This document shows, piece by piece, positions 28,723 through 37,413 of a stretch of 64,000 bases of DNA. The stretch covers positions 66,039 to 130,038 of the forward strand of contig JBAXRQ010000001.1 in the NCBI GenBank assembly GCA_037131105.1, given 5' to 3'. Position 1 is the stretch's first letter. Each line of letters starts with the position of its first letter. A program made the translations under genes and the position numbers. The notes under the pieces were generated by a model that was not told the origin of the DNA, ran no database searches, and worked only from the letters and a program-made list of their open reading frames with translations. Source of the stretch: a bacterium (lineage in GTDB: Bacteria; Patescibacteriota; UBA1384; CAILIB01).

Positions 28723-29157
28723 ATGAATTTCATATACGTGTTGTCGACCCATGGGACGGTGCTGTGCGTGGACTGCGCTACTAAGCCGAAGTCAAATGGG
28801 TCAGTAATCGTCACAAGACACGCCGGGATATACGGTTATTGTGATTATATCGTCGGAGGGGAGCTTACCGATGGCGAGTCCATCGGTATCAGCGAGCCAC
28901 GTGGCATCGTTATCTATACCCCGGAGGCCGGTACGGTAAAACGTGACGGTCTCTGGGCACCTGTGTGGCACTCCGGGATTCCAGCTGAGCATACCGCCCC
29001 TATTGTCGGGTTGTTTCCCAGTCCTAATGGGCTAGGCGATATCTCTGCTTGTCGAGATCTCTTGTCATGGGATCCTCGCTGGGCTGAGCAGAGCTTCGAC
29101 CTTTTGGCTGAGATGCGTCAACTGGAGGGTGTTATATTTCTGCCTGCCTGGGTGTGA
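28723..29157 (+). CDS. Hypothetical protein
   Basis: ORF with G-rich RBS before MNFIYV; CVDC motif. Confidence 0.5.
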   Translation: MNFIYVLSTHGTVLCVDCATKPKSNGSVIVTRHAGIYGYCDYIVGGELTDGESIGISEPRGIVIYTPEAGTVKRDGLWAPVWHSGIPAEHTAPIVGLFPSPNGLGDISACRDLLSWDPRWAEQSFDLLAEMRQLEGVIFLPAWV

Positions 29158-29168
29158 AGCCAGTGATC

Positions 29169-29912
29169 TTACAAGCCTCCTTGTCCCGTGCCACTAGTTG
29201 GCGCGGGACATTGTGCTATATAGATGCTTTTCTGTTCTGTAGATACTCCAGCAGGCCGTGGTGGAGATGCTGCTTTCCGTCCCAGACTACCTTGCCCAAG
29301 GTTACTGGGCGATGGCGTTGGTGAAGTCACGTATAGTAAGTGCCTGGCAGTATAGGTGCTTAGTGTGTCGACATTGGCGACGGTGACGCCGGCGGTCTGG
29401 CCGGGGAGGGTGATCTTTAGGCTCTTGATGGGCTTGCAGACGCCGCTGGTGAAGGTGGCGGGATTGGGGAAGCCGACGCTGGTATAGACGCTCCTGGCAG
29501 GAGCGACGGTAAGGTGAGTAGTTGAATCAGGGGTGGGGGCAGTGGTGCCGACGACAGTGCCACTAGCGTTCAGCGCGGCGATTGTGGGGGGATCGGTGGT
29601 GACTGTGCAGTCGACAGTGCCCTTATTGGTAAGGGTGAGATTGTAATAACTGGTGCCCGCAGTTCCCCCACCTACCTGGGCGGTAAGAGTGGCGGTGAGA
29701 TTGGCGGGAAGACAGGCAGCTACAGTGGGGGTCGAGGGGCTGGGCGTGGCTGCGGCGGGTGGGGTGGGCGTTCCTATCTGCTTCTGTAGAGCGGTAATCT
29801 GGTTCTGTAGGTCAGCCTGTTTGATATCAGTTTGGTGCTTCAGATAGAGAAAGGAGATGCCGCCAGCAACTAGAGCAGTAAGGACGATGGTGGTGACGAT
29901 GCTAGGAAACAT
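29169..29912 (-). CDS. DUF4232-like secreted protein, probable frameshift near the C-terminus
   Basis: TM-coiled coil-PT linker-ACLPANL...GGTAGTSY..LTLTNKG..DC; alternative-frame ending YCQALTIRDF at 29352-29302. Confidence 0.7.
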   Translation of the reverse strand: MFPSIVTTIVLTALVAGGISFLYLKHQTDIKQADLQNQITALQKQIGTPTPPAAATPSPSTPTVAACLPANLTATLTAQVGGGTAGTSYYNLTLTNKGTVDCTVTTDPPTIAALNASGTVVGTTAPTPDSTTHLTVAPARSVYTSVGFPNPATFTSGVCKPIKSLKITLPGQTAGVTVANVDTLSTYTARHLLYVTSPTPSPSNLGQGSLGRKAASPPRPAGVSTEQKSIYIAQCPAPTSGTGQGGL

Positions 29913-29960
29913 GCTCTTGGGAGGTATGGGGAATTATTACAGATACATTCGTAGTTGATT

Positions 29961-30139
29961 GAGGCCGGGAATCTCACAAACTCCCTCCGGTCGTTTCAAA
30001 GGGCCCCTCGGCCCTTTGCGCTCGCTTCGCTCGCTGAACCCGCCGCGGGAGAACTCCCGTTCTCCCGACCCCTCTCCCGTTCGAATCCCGACTCTCGACC
30101 AAACAAAAAAGACCGTCCTAAGGACTGTCTTTTTTGTTC
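29961..30139 (-). other. tRNA-Ser(GCT) downstream cassette (hairpin + antisense 3' end + motif A + direct 3' copy)
   Basis: Hairpin 30103-30138; imperfect inverted copy 30079-30101; direct copy gaggccggga 29961-29970. Confidence 0.75.
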
Positions 30140-30230
30140 TGGCGGAGAGGCCGGGATTCGAACCCGGGAAACCCTTTTGGAGTTTAACTCGTTAGCAGTG
30201 AGCCGCTTTCGACCACTCAGCCACCTCTCC
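30140..30230 (-). tRNA. tRNA-Ser(GCT)
   Basis: GGAGAGGTGGCTGAGTGGTCGAAAGC...CT-GCT-AA...long variable arm...GGTTCGAATCCCGGCCTCTCCGCCA. Confidence 0.93.
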
Positions 30231-30287
30231 ACGTCCTCCAAGGTATCATAAACCAGATACCAGGACAAGCTGAGATAATCTGGGAAC

Positions 30288-30806
30288 CTAGATACGGAAG
30301 TAGCGGCTGATGGCGTCTGCGGTGGTTTGCTTGCGGGGTTCCACCTCGGCCATGACGCCATGTAGGATCTGACGGGCCTCTTCCTCGTTGTCATTGGCGT
30401 ACAGGAAGCAGACCGGGTAGGTGGCCGCCTTGGAGGGCTCTATGTTGACGAGTAGCTGGCCAAGATCCTCCTGCAACCAGAATCCGGCAAGGGTGCCGAG
30501 AGGATATTCGTGCTTTCCGACCACTAGGCGAGTTGTGGTGAGGGCGATCTCCAGGGAGGGATGTACGCGACGACGCTGGGTGACTAGGAAAATACCGGCG
30601 GCCACAGCGGCTACGGCAGCCATATAAAAGGTAATGTCCTGCTGGAAGTAGCCCAGAAGAAGCATGAGGACGGTCACGACTGAGGCCCCGGCAAAGACCT
30701 GGAGTGTGAACTGCTGCTGGTTTGGCGGCGTGACGCGGGTAGGCTCAGTCCACTGGGCGACGAGCTCCTCGGGTTGTGCCGGCGCGGCGGGCGCTTTTGG
30801 ATCCAT
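30288..30806 (-). CDS. Hypothetical two-TM membrane protein (CPR-type)
   Basis: AGGAGG RBS; two TMs followed by 'Y.L..L.GFW' and C-terminal 'DAISRYFRI'. Confidence 0.7.
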   Translation of the reverse strand: MDPKAPAAPAQPEELVAQWTEPTRVTPPNQQQFTLQVFAGASVVTVLMLLLGYFQQDITFYMAAVAAVAAGIFLVTQRRRVHPSLEIALTTTRLVVGKHEYPLGTLAGFWLQEDLGQLLVNIEPSKAATYPVCFLYANDNEEEARQILHGVMAEVEPRKQTTADAISRYFRI

Positions 30807-30858
30807 GGTCCTCCTTTGTAATAGCTATACCCATACTATGCCAGGGAAGGGGTTGTGT

Positions 30859-32037
30859 CTAGCCGAGCAAGAAGAAGTCGTCCTGGGTATGTGTGGTGAC
30901 GACTGGGCCTTTTTCGGGATCCATATAGACGTTGAGCTCTAGTCTGACCCCAAAGTCCTTGGTGTAGATGCCGGGCTCTACGGTGAGGCCGATGCCGGGG
31001 ATGATAACGCGGGTGTCATGGGCGGAAATGTCGTTGAGGCCGACGCCAGGGGCATGCACGGAGTCGCCGGGGCCGATGGGATGGCCTGTGCTGTGGATGA
31101 ACTGGTCGCCGTAGCCTTGGCTTGTGATGTAGTCGCGGGCGATCCTGTCCAGCTCCCAGCCCTGGAGGGTCTCTTTCTTGGTCCAGGTTTCAGTGAGTCG
31201 TTCGACTACCAGTTTCTGGGCGGTACGGACGGCGTCAAAGACCTTTCTGGCTTCAGGAGGGACGGTGGTTCCGGCGAAGCCCATTACGGTAATGTCTGCG
31301 AAGGTGCCGTCAGCACCTTCGGGCTTGGCCCAGAGGTCGATGAGGACGATGTCGCCTTTTTGGACGGGGCTGTGGTGCTCTTTGGTGGGTTCGTAGTGGG
31401 GGAATCTGCCGTTTTTGCCGGCTGCGACGATGGCAGGCCCGTCCTGGATTAGCTTGTGACGGTCCATCTCGGCAATGATCAGCTGCTGGACGGTGTATTC
31501 GTCGATGGGCTTATCCCCGCGCAAGGAAGTGCTGATGAGGTCGAAGGCCTTGGCGTTGATTTCTTCGAGGGCGCGGGCGGCTTGGTGATGGGAGGCAAGA
31601 TTGGCGGGGGTCCAGGTGGGGGCGGTGGCTTGCAGAAGATCGGCAGAAGTGACGATCTCCGGGCCGAAGCTGCGGACCAACTCAAGGGTGCCAGCGTCTA
31701 CGAATGAAACGCTGGGTAGGTCGCTGTTTGGAGAGTATTCCATGGCCACCTTCTTGTGCGGAGTAAGGTTTTTCTCAAGCCAAGCGCGAATGTCTTGGTG
31801 GCTGACGAAGCTGTCAACGACGATGTCAGAGTCCTTGTGGTTAAGGATCTCAAGGGTGTGGACCAGCAGGCGGGGCTGGCCGTTAGCAGGGATGATGAGG
31901 AAGGTTCGCCCAGTGTCGTGGCTCTGCTGGGTAATGAACTTGGAGAGGGTGGGATTGCTGCCGCAGTAGTCATGAATAAGCCAGGCGTCGAGGCCGAGGG
32001 AGGAGAGGGCGGTTTGGGCGGCGGGGATGGAGATCAT
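30859..32037 (-). CDS. M24 family metallopeptidase (Xaa-Pro aminopeptidase-like)
   Basis: PHYEP, LIDLW, ADIT, HSTGH, TVEPGIY, GVRLE. Confidence 0.92.
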   Translation of the reverse strand: MISIPAAQTALSSLGLDAWLIHDYCGSNPTLSKFITQQSHDTGRTFLIIPANGQPRLLVHTLEILNHKDSDIVVDSFVSHQDIRAWLEKNLTPHKKVAMEYSPNSDLPSVSFVDAGTLELVRSFGPEIVTSADLLQATAPTWTPANLASHHQAARALEEINAKAFDLISTSLRGDKPIDEYTVQQLIIAEMDRHKLIQDGPAIVAAGKNGRFPHYEPTKEHHSPVQKGDIVLIDLWAKPEGADGTFADITVMGFAGTTVPPEARKVFDAVRTAQKLVVERLTETWTKKETLQGWELDRIARDYITSQGYGDQFIHSTGHPIGPGDSVHAPGVGLNDISAHDTRVIIPGIGLTVEPGIYTKDFGVRLELNVYMDPEKGPVVTTHTQDDFFLLG

Positions 32038-32062
32038 AAGGATATGGTAGCAGGAGTTTAAC

Positions 32063-32238
32063 GTAAAGGAATTCGCCCTTCGGACTTGCTGCTAGAGCAA
32101 AGGTTGTCCTCGCTGCGCGCTAACAGCGCGGAGGTTTCCGCTCGGACACTAGCCGGTCCTCCCGGATCGGCGTCGCCTGGTTTCGATCCTTTACCCTCCG
32201 CCAAATGAAAAAGTACCACTTAGTGGTACTTTTTCATT
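32063..32238 (-). other. tRNA-Ser(TGA) downstream cassette (34-bp palindrome + motif B + direct 3' copy)
   Basis: Perfect arms 32187-32220 / 32222-32255; motif B 32106-32177; gtaaaggaat copy 32063-32072. Confidence 0.8.
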
Positions 32239-32323
32239 TGGCGGAGGGTAAAGGAATCGAACCTTCAACATTGCTGTTGGTCCGGTTTTCAAGACCGGTT
32301 ACGAGCCACTCGTACTACCCTCC
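32239..32323 (-). tRNA. tRNA-Ser(TGA), non-canonical (8/4-type) fold
   Basis: GGAGGGTA/TACCCTCC acceptor, CCGGT-CTTGAAA-ACCGG anticodon arm, CAACA-GCAA-TGTTG variable arm, AAGG-TTCGATT-CCTT T arm, G73-CCA. Confidence 0.85.
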
Positions 32324-32361
32324 ACGTGCCGTCCCAGTCCCAGCACTATACCAATTCCAGG

Positions 32362-33921
32362 TTATCTCGTCAAAAGCAGATTGCCGCCTACCATTCCGTT
32401 GAAGCTGAAGTCCGATGCTTCCAGGTGTTCGTGGTCCTGGCCGGACTGCTTCAGATACATAAGGGCGTCGTGAAAACCGGGTTGGTCAGGCAGGTCGTAG
32501 CTGATGGTGGCCGGGAGGCTGACGCTAATGCGCTGCCAGGAGGGCTGGCTGTCCAGCTTGTAAGCCTGGCTTATGGCAAGGTTGCTGGCCTGAACCGGCA
32601 GATAGACATCCAGGGATCCGGAGCCACCACTCAGCGTTACGGTCTGCCTCAGGCTATGACCAAAGAGCGTGCCGGCCTGACTGACCTGAGTAGTACGGGG
32701 ATCGGCAGTGGTACCTACGGTCTTCAGCCAGTTACCTTCCTTTGGGGCTTGGTCGGAGTCGGCGTGGGCAGCTATGACAGACTCAAGATCGGACAGTCGA
32801 GCCCAGAGCTGTAGGGTCTTGTTCTGGTTAGCTTCGGCCAGGACCAGTGCGAGACGGCTGGCGGCTTCAGGAAGGCGGCTCAGCTTGTCTACTAGTCCAG
32901 GGAGCAGAGCGGCCAGGGACGGGGTGGCCAACAGCTGGGGTTTCCCTGAAATGACGCTGACTGTAGGATTTTCGGTCCGACCGGTAGTAATGGGTCCGCT
33001 GAGACCTAGGAGCTTGTCCATGAACGGCGCGTCCAGGAGGACGATGCCGTCGACAGATGTTCCTAGGCTGCTGGAATACGCGTTGGCCAGCTGGGGAGAC
33101 GACTCGGCAAACAGGCCGGGGTAGGTTTTGCTAAAGGCCAGCGGGATCTGGTCAGAATAGGTGAGGCCGGTAATGGCGCCGCCCTTTCCGTTAATCAGGA
33201 CGTAGTTTACTATCTGGCTGCCGAAATCCTGAAGGTGGGCGGGATATTGGAAACCGACTAGTATGGTGTGGGTGTTGGTGTCCTTGCTGCCAAGAGCTAC
33301 TGGAAGCTGGTCGCTGACCCCGCGGGCCACCTGGAGATTGCTGTCGGCTGCGGCCACATCGGCTTTCAATTGGCGGAGCTGGGCAGAATTTCCCAGTAGT
33401 ATCCAGTCGGGTATTCCCTGGAGCTGGTCGTTGGCTTCATCGAGATTGGACTGCAGGTCAGCTAGCTCCTGGGCATGACTGGCATACCAGTGCAGATAGG
33501 CGGAGCTGCTGTCGCGCAGAAGCGGTGAAAGCTCCTCGGGCTGTGCCGGAGTAAGCACGGGGAAGCTGGCGACCAGCTGGCTGGCTTGGCCACCGGCGAC
33601 GGCAAGCGCGTGACTTCCCTTCAGAAGTCGTACCTCCCAGCGGAAGGGGGGAATAGTGGCTACCAGCTTTACCAGGAAGGGAAGTCCTTGGAGACGCTGG
33701 AAGCCCTGCTCAAGATCAGCGGCAGCTGAGTTGAACGACTGGGTGGCGTCTGTGGGATGAGAAAGGAGCTGGCTTTGGCCCACCTGGAGTTCGGTGAGCC
33801 CCTGGCGGGAGGACGGCAGTGAGAGAGTGACGAGGATGACTAATGATGCAACTAGATAAACTGCCCCCAGGAAAGCCAGAAGCCTGAATACGAGCGGAGC
33901 GTGACGCCGTCTGTGTGCCAT
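32362..33921 (-). CDS. DUF4012-like membrane-anchored protein (divergent)
   Basis: N-terminal TM, helical region, 'TILVGFQ.PA', 'VDGIVLLD..F...LL.L.GPI', 'YLKQSG'. Confidence 0.65.
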   Translation of the reverse strand: MAHRRRHAPLVFRLLAFLGAVYLVASLVILVTLSLPSSRQGLTELQVGQSQLLSHPTDATQSFNSAAADLEQGFQRLQGLPFLVKLVATIPPFRWEVRLLKGSHALAVAGGQASQLVASFPVLTPAQPEELSPLLRDSSSAYLHWYASHAQELADLQSNLDEANDQLQGIPDWILLGNSAQLRQLKADVAAADSNLQVARGVSDQLPVALGSKDTNTHTILVGFQYPAHLQDFGSQIVNYVLINGKGGAITGLTYSDQIPLAFSKTYPGLFAESSPQLANAYSSSLGTSVDGIVLLDAPFMDKLLGLSGPITTGRTENPTVSVISGKPQLLATPSLAALLPGLVDKLSRLPEAASRLALVLAEANQNKTLQLWARLSDLESVIAAHADSDQAPKEGNWLKTVGTTADPRTTQVSQAGTLFGHSLRQTVTLSGGSGSLDVYLPVQASNLAISQAYKLDSQPSWQRISVSLPATISYDLPDQPGFHDALMYLKQSGQDHEHLEASDFSFNGMVGGNLLLTR

Positions 33922-34032
33922 ATACCCTTTAGTATATACCACTGAACTCGTTGGAAAACTCTGTTTCCAGCTGCAAACCGGTTTTTTCGCTGAAAAAAGA
34001 ATTTTCCAATGAGTTCATTGTATACTGGGTTT

Positions 34033-34752
34033 ATGCCCTATCTTTCTATCATTATACCCGCCTACAACGAGTCGCACCGGCTGCCTGAGACCTTGGTGTT
34101 GCTAAAGGATTATTTGGCCAAGCAGTCGTATGACTACGAGGTGCTGGTGGTGGATGACGGTAGTACTGACGATACGGTGGAGCTGGCCGGTAAGGCTGCT
34201 AAACGTTTCCCCGGCCTGCGAGTCATTCGAAATGCTCAGAATAAGGGCAAGGGCGGCGTGGTCAAGCAGGGGATGCTGGAGGCAAAGGGCGAGCTCAGAC
34301 TGTTCATGGACGCTGATTACTCTACTCCGATTGACCAGATTGAGAAGCTGCTTCCCCAGACCAAGAAGTATGACGTTGTGATCGGCTCCCGTTATCTTGA
34401 GCCTGGCAGCATTAAAGTGAGGCAGCCCCTGAGACGGCGTATCATTTCTCGTACCTGCAATGTAGTGATCCAGGCCCTGATCTTACCTGGTATCAAGGAC
34501 ACCCAGTGCGGCTTTAAGTTGTTTTCGGCTGGGGCTACCGAGAAGATCTTTCCCAAGCTTACGATGAGCGGCTGGGCCTTTGATATCGAGCTGCTGGCCA
34601 TTGCCAAGCAGACTGGCAATCCTATTAAGGAAGTGGCTGTAGACTGGTTTGACTCCAAGTGGTCGAGCCTGCGCGCAACCAGAGGCATTGGCACCTTTCT
34701 TTCTGACCTGGCGACCATAGTCAGGCGCTACCGTAGCCAGGCATACCGCTAG
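34033..34752 (+). CDS. GT2 polyprenol-phosphate glycosyltransferase (Alg5/DPM-like)
   Basis: IIPAYNE, VDDGSTD, FMDAD, DTQCGFKLF, WAFDIE. Confidence 0.92.
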   Translation: MPYLSIIIPAYNESHRLPETLVLLKDYLAKQSYDYEVLVVDDGSTDDTVELAGKAAKRFPGLRVIRNAQNKGKGGVVKQGMLEAKGELRLFMDADYSTPIDQIEKLLPQTKKYDVVIGSRYLEPGSIKVRQPLRRRIISRTCNVVIQALILPGIKDTQCGFKLFSAGATEKIFPKLTMSGWAFDIELLAIAKQTGNPIKEVAVDWFDSKWSSLRATRGIGTFLSDLATIVRRYRSQAYR

Positions 34753-34760
34753 CCCCTGCT

Positions 34761-35294
34761 GTGCGAAGGCTTTTTCTCATACTCCTGATACCCGTCGCCC
34801 TGGCTGCTGCTTGGTGGCTGCGTCTGCCGGCTGAAAGCCAATTTGTCGCGGCCACTCCCACTTCCACACCGACGCTTTCCAATGACACAGCTTTGCTGCC
34901 CGATTCGGCCCGGGCGGTGCTGGCCAATTTCTATACCGCCTATGAGGAGCGTGACCGTGAACGGCTGGCTACTCTTTTTACCCCAGATATCGTGGCTGCG
35001 GACCAGCATGTGCATGAGGGGTTGTTTCCGATTCAAGCTCATGAGGGGTCACCTTTGTTTGCCTCGGTAACTACCGACCAGTCACCCAGTAGGTATGTGG
35101 TCCTTGATACGGTAGCTTCTGGAGACGGCTGGCTTCTTACTATCAGGGAATATCGGCATACAGGCGGAGGTCGTGAGGTCGGAACGGTGACCACTCAGAT
35201 GCTCCTGATGCCCTCTCAGCCTTCTCCGTGGGCGCTGGCCTCGTACTCCCATGTTGCTCGAGCTGGCAAGTATGATGGTTTTCTGCTTGAATAA
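34761..35294 (+). CDS. Hypothetical exported protein
   Basis: N-terminal hydrophobic segment, GTG start 8 nt after the GT2 stop. Confidence 0.65.
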   Translation: MRRLFLILLIPVALAAAWWLRLPAESQFVAATPTSTPTLSNDTALLPDSARAVLANFYTAYEERDRERLATLFTPDIVAADQHVHEGLFPIQAHEGSPLFASVTTDQSPSRYVVLDTVASGDGWLLTIREYRHTGGGREVGTVTTQMLLMPSQPSPWALASYSHVARAGKYDGFLLE

Positions 35295-35328
35295 GCCTAG
35301 ACGCTATCATATTTCCTCCTTCTTATAG

Positions 35329-35562
35329 ATGCTGCTAAGAAAACAGGCTACATTGGATCGTACCGAGGGCAAATTGGCAGTGCTCTCATTGGAAAACGGC
35401 CAGGAGCTACGCCTGCTTCGGAGTGAGTTGGGGGACGCAGAGGTAGGAGGGGGCTTCACCGTCCAGATTCTTCCTGAGGAAGAGGCGGGACTCGAGCGCG
35501 AATCACTGGCCCGGACTATTCTCAATCAGATCATCAACGATGACAGTCAAGCTGAAAACTGA
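35329..35562 (+). CDS. DUF3006-like small protein
   Basis: TLDRTEGKLAVL...G motif; overlaps the VanW start. Confidence 0.7.
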   Translation: MLLRKQATLDRTEGKLAVLSLENGQELRLLRSELGDAEVGGGFTVQILPEEEAGLERESLARTILNQIINDDSQAEN

Positions 35563-37384
35563 AAAGAAATCGGATTCCGAGAATCCTGAGGCCAAGGCCA
35601 GGACCGGAAGAGTGCGGCGGCTGCGGCCGTGGCACTGGGTTGTAATCTCGGGACTTGCTCTCCTTATCGTGCTGGCAGGTGGCCTGACTGGCTATGCCTT
35701 TTACGTGAATACCCGCATCCTTCCCCACACCCAGATCTCCGGGGTGGAAGTCGGAGGACTTACCAAGTCTGAGGCGAGCATCCGTCTTGCCGCCAAGGAG
35801 GCTTCTTTCAAGGCGGGTACCCTCACCTTGCGCTACCAGGACAAGAGCTGGCCGGTGGCCGTGAAGGATTTGGACGTCAAGTTCCAGAACACTGCTTCCC
35901 TGGACGCTGCCTACGCCGTCGGGAAGAGCGGGGGTGCTTACGGCCAGGTAAAGGATTTTCTCGCTTCACTGGTACGGTATCGTTATTTTGAAGCTGACAT
36001 GGCGCCACTTACGCCCGCCGCTCTCAAGGGCCTTGATACTAAGGTCCTCACCACTATCGAGGTTCCTCCTACCGAGACTGGCCTGGTGCTGGTGCCTGGA
36101 AAAGTGACGGTAGCTCCCGGCAAGACTGGTCAGAAACTGAAGGTGGATGTCTTCGAGGGTTCTCTGTATCACGATTTCAAGTCTGGTGACACGAGGATCT
36201 CATTGGAGCTGGCACCCTTTGCCCCTGAGGTGACTCCGGACGAGGCTATACCGGCCCGCGACCTAGCAAGCGCAATACTGTCAGATAGTTGGAAGTTGCA
36301 GGCTGGCGACAAGGTGCTGACTATTTCTCCCCAGGATGTAGCTGGCTGGCTGACCGTCTCAGTGGCCCGTGATGCTGGCGGTCAGGCTACCGGACTTAGC
36401 GTGGCCCTTAGTAGTGACGGCCTCAGTAAGAAGGTGACTGACTTTGCTAAGACGGTGAATGTAGCTCCTGTCGACGCGCGCCTCAAGGCCGATGGTACTG
36501 GGCTGGCCATTACAGTGCCCGACAAGCCGGGGCTCACTTTGACCGCAGACACTAGTCTGACCAAACTAAAGACAGCTATCCTTGCCGGGGGTACCGGTGC
36601 GGCTCGAACCGTGGCAGCAGACGTGGTGGTGGCCCAGGCTGACCTCCGGGCCGACACTATCACCGCACTGGGTATCAAGGAACTTGTCGGTACTGGCACC
36701 ACTGACTTCTCGGGAAGTCCTTCAAACCGTATCACCAACATTGCCCGCGGGGTGGAGCTCTTGAACGGTAAGCTGGTCAAGGACGGTGAGACGTTTTCTA
36801 CGATTACCTCGCTCAGCCCTATCGACCAGGCCCATGGCTATGTCCAGGGACTGGTGATCGTGAATAACAAGACGCTGCCTGCCGACGGCGGCGGCCTCTG
36901 CCAGGTCTCTACTACCTTTTTCCGAGCGGTTCTGAACGCCGGACTACCGGTAGTGGCCCGGGCCAATCACTCCTATGAGGTCTCCTACTATCAGCGAGGC
37001 ATCGGCCCTGGTCTGGACGCCACCATCTATGACCCAAATCCAGACTTCAAGTGGAAGAATGACACCGGCCACGCCATTTACGTGCAAACCTACATCACAG
37101 GTAAGAACCTCACCTTCGAGCTCTACGGTACCAGGGACGGTAGGACGGCTGCGGTGGATGGCCCACACACCCTGCAGACCTTCGAGCCGAGCGGTGACCC
37201 TATCTATGTGAATACCGACACCCTGCCCAAGGGTACCACTAAACAGATTGATCCGCCGGTACAGGGAGCCAAAACCACTGCGACCTATACGGTGACCCGG
37301 GGCGGTACCGTGATAAATACCCAGACGTTCAACAGTTTTTATCAGGCCATGCCTGCTCAGTATCTGGTGGGGACACACGAGTAA
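35540..37384 (+). CDS. VanW family protein with putative peptidoglycan-binding domains
   Basis: GGGLCQVSTTFFRA, RANHSY, GLDATIY, DFKWKNDT. Confidence 0.92.
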   Translation: MTVKLKTEKKSDSENPEAKARTGRVRRLRPWHWVVISGLALLIVLAGGLTGYAFYVNTRILPHTQISGVEVGGLTKSEASIRLAAKEASFKAGTLTLRYQDKSWPVAVKDLDVKFQNTASLDAAYAVGKSGGAYGQVKDFLASLVRYRYFEADMAPLTPAALKGLDTKVLTTIEVPPTETGLVLVPGKVTVAPGKTGQKLKVDVFEGSLYHDFKSGDTRISLELAPFAPEVTPDEAIPARDLASAILSDSWKLQAGDKVLTISPQDVAGWLTVSVARDAGGQATGLSVALSSDGLSKKVTDFAKTVNVAPVDARLKADGTGLAITVPDKPGLTLTADTSLTKLKTAILAGGTGAARTVAADVVVAQADLRADTITALGIKELVGTGTTDFSGSPSNRITNIARGVELLNGKLVKDGETFSTITSLSPIDQAHGYVQGLVIVNNKTLPADGGGLCQVSTTFFRAVLNAGLPVVARANHSYEVSYYQRGIGPGLDATIYDPNPDFKWKNDTGHAIYVQTYITGKNLTFELYGTRDGRTAAVDGPHTLQTFEPSGDPIYVNTDTLPKGTTKQIDPPVQGAKTTATYTVTRGGTVINTQTFNSFYQAMPAQYLVGTHE

Positions 37385-37413
37385 CGGCCGTAATACCGGA
37401 TTAACCCGAATAT

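Noticed and set aside
32063-32238. Prophage or genomic-island att sites at the tRNAs
   Set aside because: The direct copies are only about 170-270 bp from the tRNA with no genes between them. They are recorded as mini-cassettes instead.
32239-32323. Selenocysteine tRNA
   Set aside because: The anticodon is TGA (Ser), not TCA, and the acceptor branch totals 12 bp, not 13.
27307-37384. Antibiotic resistance calls for the beta-lactamase-like and VanW genes
   Set aside because: Both are common membrane-anchored cell-wall families in CPR; no resistance cluster context.
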